Below are positions 1 through 8,147 of a stretch of 64,000 bases of DNA, in pieces (position 1 is the stretch's first letter; each line of letters begins with the position of its first letter). A model generated the notes under the pieces. The model was not told where the DNA came from. It did no database searches and saw only the letters and a program-made list of their open reading frames with translations. Origin of the DNA: Candidatus Dojkabacteria bacterium (GTDB lineage Bacteria > Patescibacteriota > Dojkabacteria > SC72). The position numbers were made by a program, and so were the translations under genes. Where the stretch lies: positions 28,964 to 92,963 of the forward strand of contig DATERJ010000012.1 in assembly GCA_035271645.1 (NCBI GenBank), in the 5' to 3' direction.

Positions 1-172
1 ATATTATTAACTCTAAGACAGCATCCCCTAAGAACTCCAACCTCTCATTGTTTTTCAAACCTTTTCCTCTGTTTTCATTGAGGTATGACCTATGTGTAAA
101 GGCCGCCTTCAGAAGTCTTTTATCCTTAAACTCTACCCCTATTTTTTTTGCAATTTCATTATATATCTCCAC
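1..172 (-). CDS. rnc: ribonuclease III, N-terminal part (gene runs off the window start)
   Basis: Minus-strand frame reads (V/M)[56 protein letters not shown], containing the RNase III signature [11 protein letters not shown] at 170-172 is preceded by GAAGGAGAAGA (SD). Overlaps the nusB 3' end by about 14 nt. Confidence 0.65.
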   Translation of the reverse strand, partial: MEIYNEIAKKIGVEFKDKRLLKAAFTHRSYLNENRGKGLKNNERLEFLGDAVLELII

Positions 173-614
173 TATCTTCTCCTTCCTGTTTTTTCATCTC
201 TTCATATATTGCCCCTAGTACACCATTTACAAATTTACCACTACTCTCTCCTCCAAACTCTTTGGCAGTTTCAATTGCTTCATCTATTGCTACTTTAGGA
301 GGTGTAATTTTTTCTGTAAAGCCTTCAAATATTGCAATTCTTAGAATTTGCAAATCAACTAATTTCATTTGTTGAATAGGCCATTGTGGGGCATATTTTG
401 TAATTAATGCATCTATCTCTTCTTTATGTTCTATCACACCGTTAATAATCTTCTCTCTTAGAGCTTCATCATACTCTTCAATTTCATCAATACTAACTAA
501 TTCTTCTAATGGAATTGATTCTGTGGTATTGGAATCAGTTAAGAAATATTTCATAAAGAGCTCTTGTAGAGCTAGTATTCGTGCTAAATGTCTAGGGTCA
601 GTTGATCTCTTCAT
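159..614 (-). CDS. nusB: transcription antitermination factor NusB
   Basis: 151-aa ORF. N-terminal [13 protein letters not shown] plus overall NusB-like helical composition. Lies immediately downstream of rpmF on the same strand. Confidence 0.8.
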   Translation of the reverse strand: MKRSTDPRHLARILALQELFMKYFLTDSNTTESIPLEELVSIDEIEEYDEALREKIINGVIEHKEEIDALITKYAPQWPIQQMKLVDLQILRIAIFEGFTEKITPPKVAIDEAIETAKEFGGESSGKFVNGVLGAIYEEMKKQEGEDSGDI

Positions 615-616
615 AT

Positions 617-775
617 CTACTTTTTATATGTACCACAATTAGCGCACTCAAAATGGCTTCTTTTTATTGCACCACATTTAGGGCATTTAGATACTCCTTT
701 TACCTCCAATGCGTTATGTGCTCTTCTTCTACCTTTTCGAGCTTTTGAAATTCTTCTTTTTGGTAATGCACCCAT
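617..775 (-). CDS. rpmF: 50S ribosomal protein L32
   Basis: Hand-translated 52-aa ORF (below the ORF-track cutoff): [52 protein letters not shown]. This is the L32 N-terminal motif PKRR.SK.R plus a Cys4 zinc ribbon. Stop is TAG at 617-619. Confidence 0.8.
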   Translation of the reverse strand: MGALPKRRISKARKGRRRAHNALEVKGVSKCPKCGAIKRSHFECANCGTYKK

Positions 776-834
776 TTTTGTTTAAACTATATATTAACTT
801 GAAGATTATATTGTATTATCTCCTCTTTTTCAAC

Positions 835-3546
835 TTATTGTATCCAACTTTCTTTAATTTCAATTTCATCTCCTGGTTTTATTGTCTGTTCAATGATTCC
901 TTTAGCAATATTTCCTTCAATGCTATCTTGAATGTATCTTTTCATTGGTCTTGCACCTAACCCAGGCTCGTTAGATTTGTTTGCAATCAACATTGGTATC
1001 TGGTCTGACCATTTGATTGTTATTTCTCTTTCAGCAAGTCTCTTAGCAACTTGGTTTAGTTCTAGTATGGCTATTTCTGTAAGATTCTTAATATCATGTG
1101 GTTCAAATACAATTATTGCATCATACCTATTTAAGAACTCTGGTCTAAATGATTGCCTTATCTCAAGTAATGCTCTTTCTTTTGCCTCTTCCCACATAGT
1201 GTTCTGTTCTGCAAGGGCATCAAGTAGGATCTTGCTTCCTACATTGCTTGTGCAGATAATTATGGCATTTGTAAAATCAACAGTCTCACCGTATGCACTT
1301 GTTAATCGTCCTTCATCTAACAACTGAAGAAGTAGATCTAAGATGTTTGGATGTGCTTTCTCAATCTCATCAAAGAGGACTACTGTATGTGGATTACTCT
1401 TTATCTTATCAACCAATGTAATTTGTGCTTGTCCTAATGTATCTCCTCCCTCAGAAGAACCTAGGAATCTGTTTATACTAGACACTTCTTGATATTCTGA
1501 CATATCAACCCTAATCATGTCATCTCTTCCGAAATATTCTTCTGCTACTACCTTTGCAATGTATGTTTTACCCACACCAGTTGGTCCAACAAAGAGGAAT
1601 GAACCAATTGGTTTGTTGGGGTTTCTAATATCAGCTCTGGCTCTCCTAAGAGCTTCTGAGATTGCAATGACAGCTTCATCTTGTCCAACAACTCTCTGCT
1701 TGATATTCTCTTCAAGCTTCATCATTTTGTTGCTTTCATCTTGGTCTATCTCTGTAATATTAATATTCTTCTGTAATGAAATTGTCTTAGAAACATGTTC
1801 TGAAGTGATCTTTTGTATTCCATTTGCTTGTGCCCATGAACATGTTGCCTCTATGGTTTGTACTGCACTACTTGGAAGTTTCCTTTCTTTAATATATCTC
1901 TGTGCTAACTCTACAGCTGAAACAAGTGCAGGGAATGTTATATAGCAGTTAAAGTTCTGCTCTAATGAGTCGACTTTGGTTTCTAGAATGTAGAGTGCAT
2001 CAGCTGCTGATATCTCACTTACTTCAATATTTGTAAAACTTTGTCGTAAAGACTCATTACTGTAAAAATATTTCTTGTAATCAGCATAGTTAATACTTCC
2101 CACTATTGGGAATTGGCTGTTGAGAATGAAGGGGAGCATAATACCAGCAATACTGTGTCCACTCTCCCCTGCTTTTCTAGGAATAATCTCTTGAATTTCA
2201 TCGATGTAAAGAATTACATTACCAGCATTAGCTAGCTCAGTCATTGATTTAATGATGACCTCTTCCATGTTTGATTGGCTTTGTGAATATGCAATTAGTT
2301 GGTTGATATCTAACTCAACAATCTTCTTGTCTCTTAATTGTATTGGTACATCTCCATGGTTGATTTTTTGAGCTACACCTAAGATGATGCTAGACTTACC
2401 TACTCCAGCCTCTCCTACTAGAAGAGCGTTCTTGTTAGATATCTTTCCAAGTGTAGATATCAATGTTTCAACTTCATCATCATGTCCAATACCAAAGACA
2501 TCATTTGATTTAGCAACGGCAAGATTTACTTCTTTGCTAAAATGACTTAACACAAATGTCCACCCATAGATCCACGAATTTCCAATGCCTCCTGTCCTAA
2601 AGTATGGGTAATCTGGATTTAATGGTCTAGATTTCTTGCTATCTCTGTAGTTCCAGTACTCTATGACCTCTCTAAAGATATCAATATTTATATTATTCTT
2701 TTGTAGAAGTTTTTCCAATGCTGGAGATATCTTAGTTATTGCTAAGAAAAGGTGTTCAGGCAGTATTTGGTCACTATTTGTAAGAAGAGCCTCTTCTAGT
2801 GCATATGTTTGTAGTGCTGTGATTGCGGAGATTGGGTAATTAGGGACATGTTCTGTTGTTATTCCTGCTTCATCTAAGGTTGTTGTGGTGAATGTTATAC
2901 CACTTCTTCTAACCAGCTGTTGAACTTCATAATTATTTGTCAAAAGGTCTTTGTAAAGGTTAAGAGTGTAGAGGTTTCCTTTTTGTGTAAAGTTTCCTAG
3001 GTAGTCGATTGCTTCATTTGAGATGTAATTAACGGTTTCCATCTTTGCATATCTTCCGAATTTGAACCCAACAGCTTTGATCTCATCAAAATCTTTTTGT
3101 GGTATATTCTTTATCTTAGGTAATTTAATTACCTTGCTTCGTTCATTGTAGAAGTCATGCCAGAGTAAGATTAGTGAAAAGACAGACACTCCAAAGAGAG
3201 AGTTGATAATTCCAGAGTTAAGAATTTTTAGGATAGTTGGGTAGTTTTCTAGGATGTTTAGGAATTTTAATATATATCCAGCAGCAATGATTAGCCCTGG
3301 GATTAGCAATATGGTTATTATTATGTTTTTTACTTCTTCAAATTTTTCATATTTCGGATTACTTGTTAGATAGTATTCCATCTGTGGATTTGTAATTGAG
3401 AAGAAGTGGTCTCTAGTGAGAAGAAAGAGAGAATGGTTATCATCTGTTGGAAGTGGATATTTTTTTTCAACAACAGAGAAGGAGTTTCTCTTTCTGTTAT
3501 GCATTCCAATTATTGTTTTGTATTTGCTTCCAAAGTCTATTGCCAT
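835..3546 (-). CDS. Clp/Hsp100 family double-ring AAA+ unfoldase with N-terminal transmembrane anchor (ClpA/ClpC/ClpB-like)
   Basis: 903 aa. Two hydrophobic helices near residues 95-150. One Clp_N-like repeat (ALEEALLTNSDQILPEHLFLAI). D1 Walker A GEAGVGKS. D2 VGQDEAV...GPTGVGKT, sensor TSNVGS and FRPEFLNR. Short inter-NBD linker with no long M-domain. No (I/L/V)G(F/L) ClpP-docking tripeptide between TSNVGS and FRPEFLNR. Confidence 0.85.
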   Translation of the reverse strand: MAIDFGSKYKTIIGMHNRKRNSFSVVEKKYPLPTDDNHSLFLLTRDHFFSITNPQMEYYLTSNPKYEKFEEVKNIIITILLIPGLIIAAGYILKFLNILENYPTILKILNSGIINSLFGVSVFSLILLWHDFYNERSKVIKLPKIKNIPQKDFDEIKAVGFKFGRYAKMETVNYISNEAIDYLGNFTQKGNLYTLNLYKDLLTNNYEVQQLVRRSGITFTTTTLDEAGITTEHVPNYPISAITALQTYALEEALLTNSDQILPEHLFLAITKISPALEKLLQKNNINIDIFREVIEYWNYRDSKKSRPLNPDYPYFRTGGIGNSWIYGWTFVLSHFSKEVNLAVAKSNDVFGIGHDDEVETLISTLGKISNKNALLVGEAGVGKSSIILGVAQKINHGDVPIQLRDKKIVELDINQLIAYSQSQSNMEEVIIKSMTELANAGNVILYIDEIQEIIPRKAGESGHSIAGIMLPFILNSQFPIVGSINYADYKKYFYSNESLRQSFTNIEVSEISAADALYILETKVDSLEQNFNCYITFPALVSAVELAQRYIKERKLPSSAVQTIEATCSWAQANGIQKITSEHVSKTISLQKNINITEIDQDESNKMMKLEENIKQRVVGQDEAVIAISEALRRARADIRNPNKPIGSFLFVGPTGVGKTYIAKVVAEEYFGRDDMIRVDMSEYQEVSSINRFLGSSEGGDTLGQAQITLVDKIKSNPHTVVLFDEIEKAHPNILDLLLQLLDEGRLTSAYGETVDFTNAIIICTSNVGSKILLDALAEQNTMWEEAKERALLEIRQSFRPEFLNRYDAIIVFEPHDIKNLTEIAILELNQVAKRLAEREITIKWSDQIPMLIANKSNEPGLGARPMKRYIQDSIEGNIAKGIIEQTIKPGDEIEIKESWIQ

Positions 3547-3548
3547 GT

Positions 3549-3950
3549 CTATTTCTTAATTAATGACATTATGATAAATGTGATAGTTGCGATTGGTAGG
3601 AGTAGCCAAGTTAGTATGAAGATTATGAAGAGAATCATAGCAAGTAAGTAGAAAGTGATTGCAATTGGTAGGTAGAGTATTTTAATTACAATTCCAAAGA
3701 TAAGGCCGAAGATAGTTCTGTCTCTGTGCCATGGGACAAAGAAATTTTTAAAAAGAAGCGAGATTGACAGATTATCATCGATTACGGTTGATAATCTCCC
3801 AAGTACTCTAAGATATCGTGATGGCATTTTTACATACCACCAGTTTAGAAAGTCTTGGATAAAGAAAAGGAAAATCTTGGAATATGAGTCTGTTTTAACA
3901 GTTTGTATTAGTTGTTGTCCGCTGTTATCTACGGTATTTTGTTGTTTCAT
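3549..3950 (-). CDS. small integral membrane protein (3 predicted TM helices), co-oriented and abutting the Clp unfoldase gene
   Basis: 133-aa ORF with hydrophobic segments (GLIFGIVIKILYLPIAITFYLLAMILFIIFILTWLLLPIATITFIIM). Its stop lies 2 nt upstream of the Clp start codon. Confidence 0.5.
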   Translation of the reverse strand: MKQQNTVDNSGQQLIQTVKTDSYSKIFLFFIQDFLNWWYVKMPSRYLRVLGRLSTVIDDNLSISLLFKNFFVPWHRDRTIFGLIFGIVIKILYLPIAITFYLLAMILFIIFILTWLLLPIATITFIIMSLIKK

Positions 3951-4062
3951 TTTGGGCAGTTTTTTCTCTACTTACAGTTTATCGCAAGTAGATATCGCCT
4001 GTCAATTTTTTCTTTTATGATAGGAGTTAATGTGGTTTTTATTTGTCTGTTTTTCTTCGGAT

Positions 4063-4497
4063 TTACTCTACCTCGACTACCCCGTTTTCTAAAATAGTGA
4101 CAGTCATGTCATCTTGAACGTAGTTTAAGAACTCGTCTCCCAAAGAATCGATTGTTGGCATACTGTTATCTGTCCATACATCTGCTAAGATAGCTCCTGC
4201 TGCTGCTAGTGAGTCAATGGGTTTGGAAAACAGTAATGCACCAGGACTACAGTTCGTTACCGCTGCATTGTACAAGACCATACCTCCTGTTGTTGAACCA
4301 ATGGTTTGTGGTAAGCATAGGGCAACTCCTACAGTTGATTTGCCATACAGATCTTTGTTGTTTTGATCTGTACAGATATTCTTTCCCTCCTTACAATCTT
4401 TATACGATGCCAATGTATTAAAACCAGTATGTGATACTAAGGCTTTTAGCTTACAAGTACCTGGTACTACAACTCTTCCTTTAAATGTTTTTTTCAT
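4063..4497 (-). CDS. aconitase X (AcnX) small subunit-like swivel-domain protein (DUF126 family)
   Basis: 144 aa. Gly-rich core (TIGSTTGGMVLYNAAVTNCSPGALLFSKPIDSLAAAGAILADV) resembles DUF126. Immediately follows the DUF521-like large-subunit gene. Confidence 0.6.
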   Translation of the reverse strand: MKKTFKGRVVVPGTCKLKALVSHTGFNTLASYKDCKEGKNICTDQNNKDLYGKSTVGVALCLPQTIGSTTGGMVLYNAAVTNCSPGALLFSKPIDSLAAAGAILADVWTDNSMPTIDSLGDEFLNYVQDDMTVTILENGVVEVE

Positions 4498-4509
4498 TTT
4501 TCTTATCTT

Positions 4510-5769
4510 TTATATAATTTGTTCTAAAATCTCATCATCAGAATAATATTTAGATGAAGTATAGGTTCTTAATTTGTTTGAATTTGTAATAACTGGCATT
4601 TTTGCACATAGTGGATTATTCATATACATTAAAGGACATATATAGCTTGTAACTACACCCATCTCTTTTAACTTCTTAGCATTCTCTGTATTCTCAAATT
4701 CTTTCAAAACAGCTGGAGCAGAAGTAAAGACAGTTTTAATTCTAATCTTTTTCTTTCCTTTTGCTTTTAGAGCTTCTTCTAACTTCTCTGTCCAGTCATT
4801 AAGTTGTTTTAGACTCATATGTGGACAGCCCATGAAGCATAGTTTTGGTTTAGCATCAGGATTTTTCCAAATGCATGGATAGCTTTTCTTTACCCTTTCT
4901 AATTCAGCATCATCTACTATGTAGACTTTAGCGTTTTCATTAATCAAGTTTTCTTTTAATTCAACTGCTTCTGGGGTTAGATTTTCAACATGGTATAGTC
5001 CAACTGAGCCATTAGATGCCGTAGCTGCACCGAAGTCTTTTAAGTATGATAATGTGTCTTCATCTAAAGTGGTTCCTAACCATTTATCTAAACCTTTAAT
5101 ATATGGAACATCTTCTAAAACTTTCATCCCTATCGCAGAACCTAGTAGTTGTGCTTCTGGTTTCTTTGTTGTCTTTACTTCAACAATCCAGTTAGCTTTT
5201 CTTCCTTCATCAGTAAGAAGACCAAAGTAAGGGACATAGCCAACGATTGATCCAAACATTTCAATAATGCCAGAGTTACGATTGCATCTTGCTCCCAATA
5301 CAGAGTTTGCATAGTTTACAGCACTTGATTCTGCCCAAGAGAGAATGTCTCCTTTTTCGGGTATGTTACCTACTTCTGGAAGATATGCTGCACAGGTAAA
5401 AGCATCGTCTGAGAGAAGTCCTATCTTTTTAAGTTGATCTTCATATCGCTTTTGTGGTCCATACATGATTTTGAAAACAAGGTCTTGGAGGATATTCTTA
5501 GGTACATTTGGATCTAGTGGTCTAGGGTCTGCTGAGAATTTTTGTTTTGACTCAACTTCTGCATCAAGAAGTACATCCATTAAGTCAAAGACTCCTTTTA
5601 CAACTATGACTCCAAAACTAGTTACAATATGTCCGTATTTGCTAGTAACAGGAACCATTTTAGTAGCACCAAAGGTTTCTCCGTACATGACTAATGTCTT
5701 CATTATCTTAGCCATTACTTCACCTTGCTGACCATCTAAAATTGCTTGTTGTTCTTTTGTTAATTCCAT
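4510..5769 (-). CDS. aconitase X (AcnX) large/catalytic subunit-like protein (DUF521 family hydro-lyase)
   Basis: 419 aa. N-terminus MELTKEQQAILDGQQGEVMAKIMKTLVMYGE matches the DUF521 start pattern. Several conserved Cys/Ser positions. Paired with the small-subunit gene. Confidence 0.65.
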   Translation of the reverse strand: MELTKEQQAILDGQQGEVMAKIMKTLVMYGETFGATKMVPVTSKYGHIVTSFGVIVVKGVFDLMDVLLDAEVESKQKFSADPRPLDPNVPKNILQDLVFKIMYGPQKRYEDQLKKIGLLSDDAFTCAAYLPEVGNIPEKGDILSWAESSAVNYANSVLGARCNRNSGIIEMFGSIVGYVPYFGLLTDEGRKANWIVEVKTTKKPEAQLLGSAIGMKVLEDVPYIKGLDKWLGTTLDEDTLSYLKDFGAATASNGSVGLYHVENLTPEAVELKENLINENAKVYIVDDAELERVKKSYPCIWKNPDAKPKLCFMGCPHMSLKQLNDWTEKLEEALKAKGKKKIRIKTVFTSAPAVLKEFENTENAKKLKEMGVVTSYICPLMYMNNPLCAKMPVITNSNKLRTYTSSKYYSDDEILEQII

Positions 5770-5781
5770 ATATTTGTTTTA

Positions 5782-7842
5782 CTAAATTTTCATTCCAACA
5801 TCCCACGCTCTCCATGTGACTGTTCTTAAGTTACCAACCTCATTGCAATCACCTACGAGATGGACTTTTCGATTTGTTTCAGGGATTGTTTTTGGATTGT
5901 AGCCTACTGACATAATGACAGTATCTGCTTCTATGAATATTTCTTCTCCATCTTTGTTCATTATCTTAACTCCATCCTTTGTAATCTCTTGAACAGCAGA
6001 TTCTAAGTGAACCTCAACATTATTTAGTGCAAAGAACTCTCTGAGATATGAACTGTTTGCTAAACAAACTCCTCTTACAGCTATTAAATCATTCCTTGCT
6101 TCAACGATAATAGGTATTTTTCCTTTTTGGTATAGGTCTAATGCAATCTCACAACCGGTTAAACCTCCACCAATGATTATAACTTTTTCACCAGCTTTGG
6201 AGTTGTCTTTCAAATAGTCACATGCTTCAATTGTATTCTCAATTCCTTTTATCTTTAATCTCTTTGGTGTTGCCCCTATTGCAACAATTACTTCATCTGC
6301 ATCTATTTCATCAATATTAGTCACTTCCGTATTAAACTTAATTTCAATTTGTAAATCTTGCATCTCTTTTTCGTACCAATCAAGCAAGGCTCTCTCTTTA
6401 TCTTTAAAACCAGGTGTTGAAGCATATTTAAATACTCCTCCTACCCTATCACTTTTTTCATAAATTGTTGCCTTGTGTCCTCGTAGTGTTAAGAGTCTTG
6501 CAACTTCCATTCCCCCTATTCCTGCACCAATAACTGCAATGTGTTTAGGATTATTTGTTTTTACAATCTTGTATTTCTTAGATTGCATAGTAGTTGGGTT
6601 TAGTGCACATCTAGCCATACCTGCATTATCTGAAAGTGCTTGGTCATTCCCTACTCCTTTGTAGTGAGCCATATTAAAACATGCATTATGACAACCAATA
6701 CATGGCTTTATACTTTCCTCATCACCATTCATGAGTTTAGTAATCCACTCTGGATCAGTGAGGAATTGTCTAGCAACTCCCATTGCATCAATTCTGCCCT
6801 CTTTTATCGATCCTGCTCCTGCTGATGGTGTCATTCTACCTGCACAAACTACTGGAATATCTACATACTTCCTAATCTCTTCAACATCTTTAAGGTTACA
6901 GTTGTAAGGCATATACCCTGGAGGATGAGCCCAGTACCAAGCATCATATGTTCCATTGTCACAATTTAACATGTCATATCCTGCATCTTGTAGATATTTT
7001 GCAGCACGTTTTGATTCCTCCATATCTCTTCCTACTTCAGTATATTCTTCACCTGGGAGTGCTCCTTGTCCGAATCCTTTTGTCTTAGAAACGACCGAAT
7101 ATCTGAGTGATACTGGAAAATCTTTTCCACACTCTTTTTTAATTGCTTGCACTATTTCAATAGGAAATCTATATCTATTCTCAAATGAACCTCCATACTT
7201 ATCATCTCTAAAGTTTGTATATTTCATTGTAAATTGATCAAGAAGATAGCCTTCATGAACAGCATGAATTTCAATACCGTCTACTCCTGCCTCTTGGCAA
7301 AGTTTAGCTGTTTTAGCAAAACCTTCAATTATCTCCTGTATTTCTTCAACTGTCATAGGTCTAGACATTACAGAATCATCCCAACGATTTGGTGTTGCAC
7401 TTGCACTAGCTGTTAGGTAGTCAACATCTAGAACTGGTTTGAGAAGTGTTCCTAAGAATTTGTTGTGATGAGCTTCAATCATTAGGTGGTTAATTGCTAG
7501 ACTTCTTCCAAAACCTGCTGTTAATTGGATGAATAGTTTAGAACCTGTTTTGTGGAATTCATCCATGAACTCTTTAAGTTCTCGGAATTTGCCTTTACCT
7601 TGGTAGAGCCATTTTCCCCAAAGGATATCACGAATTGGAGCAATACCAGGGAGTATTAGTCCTACATTATTCCTTGCTCTTTCTAAAATGAAATTGGCTG
7701 CCTCTTTGTCAAAATGATTACCCAATGGTTCCATCCATCCAAAGAGTGATGTACCACCCATAGATGTCATAACAATCCTGTTTTTGATTTCAAGATTACC
7801 AATCTTCCATGGGGTGAATAGTGGTTTGTACTCTTGTTTCAT
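5782..7842 (-). CDS. Old Yellow Enzyme-family NAD(P)H:flavin oxidoreductase with 4Fe-4S motif and C-terminal FAD/NAD(P)-binding domain (2-enoate reductase / 2,4-dienoyl-CoA reductase-like)
   Basis: 686 aa. N-terminal OYE TIM-barrel features (IKNRIVMTSMG, HAVHEGYLLDQF). Cys cluster CIGCHNACFNMAHY...C. Rossmann motif HIAVIGAGIGGMEVA and a second IIIGGGLTGCE. Confidence 0.8.
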   Translation of the reverse strand: MKQEYKPLFTPWKIGNLEIKNRIVMTSMGGTSLFGWMEPLGNHFDKEAANFILERARNNVGLILPGIAPIRDILWGKWLYQGKGKFRELKEFMDEFHKTGSKLFIQLTAGFGRSLAINHLMIEAHHNKFLGTLLKPVLDVDYLTASASATPNRWDDSVMSRPMTVEEIQEIIEGFAKTAKLCQEAGVDGIEIHAVHEGYLLDQFTMKYTNFRDDKYGGSFENRYRFPIEIVQAIKKECGKDFPVSLRYSVVSKTKGFGQGALPGEEYTEVGRDMEESKRAAKYLQDAGYDMLNCDNGTYDAWYWAHPPGYMPYNCNLKDVEEIRKYVDIPVVCAGRMTPSAGAGSIKEGRIDAMGVARQFLTDPEWITKLMNGDEESIKPCIGCHNACFNMAHYKGVGNDQALSDNAGMARCALNPTTMQSKKYKIVKTNNPKHIAVIGAGIGGMEVARLLTLRGHKATIYEKSDRVGGVFKYASTPGFKDKERALLDWYEKEMQDLQIEIKFNTEVTNIDEIDADEVIVAIGATPKRLKIKGIENTIEACDYLKDNSKAGEKVIIIGGGLTGCEIALDLYQKGKIPIIVEARNDLIAVRGVCLANSSYLREFFALNNVEVHLESAVQEITKDGVKIMNKDGEEIFIEADTVIMSVGYNPKTIPETNRKVHLVGDCNEVGNLRTVTWRAWDVGMKI

Positions 7843-7938
7843 AAACCTTTCTCCTTTAATTTAGATATGAATTAAAAGATACGATTTGATACTAAATAGT
7901 ACAGAGTTAAGTTGTGGATTGCAAGGAGCTGGCTTTAA

Positions 7939-8118
7939 GGTCTGACCTAGGTCTGTCCCCCAATTTCCACCCCCTTCTGCCTGTCTATCAAGGTTTGTTG
8001 GTTTGGATACTTCTGATGACAGCTTACAAAGTTCATCCGAAATACGACGCTTTGGACTAGGAAACCGTTGTACAAGGAGAGAACCTTTGAACATGGAAGG
8101 TCTGACCTACCCCAGACC
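7939..8118. repeat. hairpin-bounded intergenic repeat element, copy A (about 180 nt; inverted relative to copy C)
   Basis: Termini GGTCTGACCTAGGTCTGTCCCCC ... GGTCTGACCTACCCCAGACC. The reverse complement of the core is about 90% identical over roughly 100 nt to the copy at 61003-61182 (shared ...CGGTTTCCTAGTCCAAAGCG.CGTATTTCGGATGAACTTTGTAAGC...TCCAAACCAACAAACCTTGATAG). Confidence 0.55.
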
Positions 8119-8132
8119 TTGGTAAGCTTCTG

Positions 8133-8141
8133 TGGTAGAAT
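8133..8141 (+). promoter_or_regulatory. extended -10 promoter element TGgTAGAAT immediately upstream of dus (predicted leaderless or near-leaderless)
   Basis: TG-n-TAGAAT at 8133-8141. The predicted TSS coincides with the dus ATG at 8148. No SD. Confidence 0.35.
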
Positions 8142-8147
8142 ATCTCT

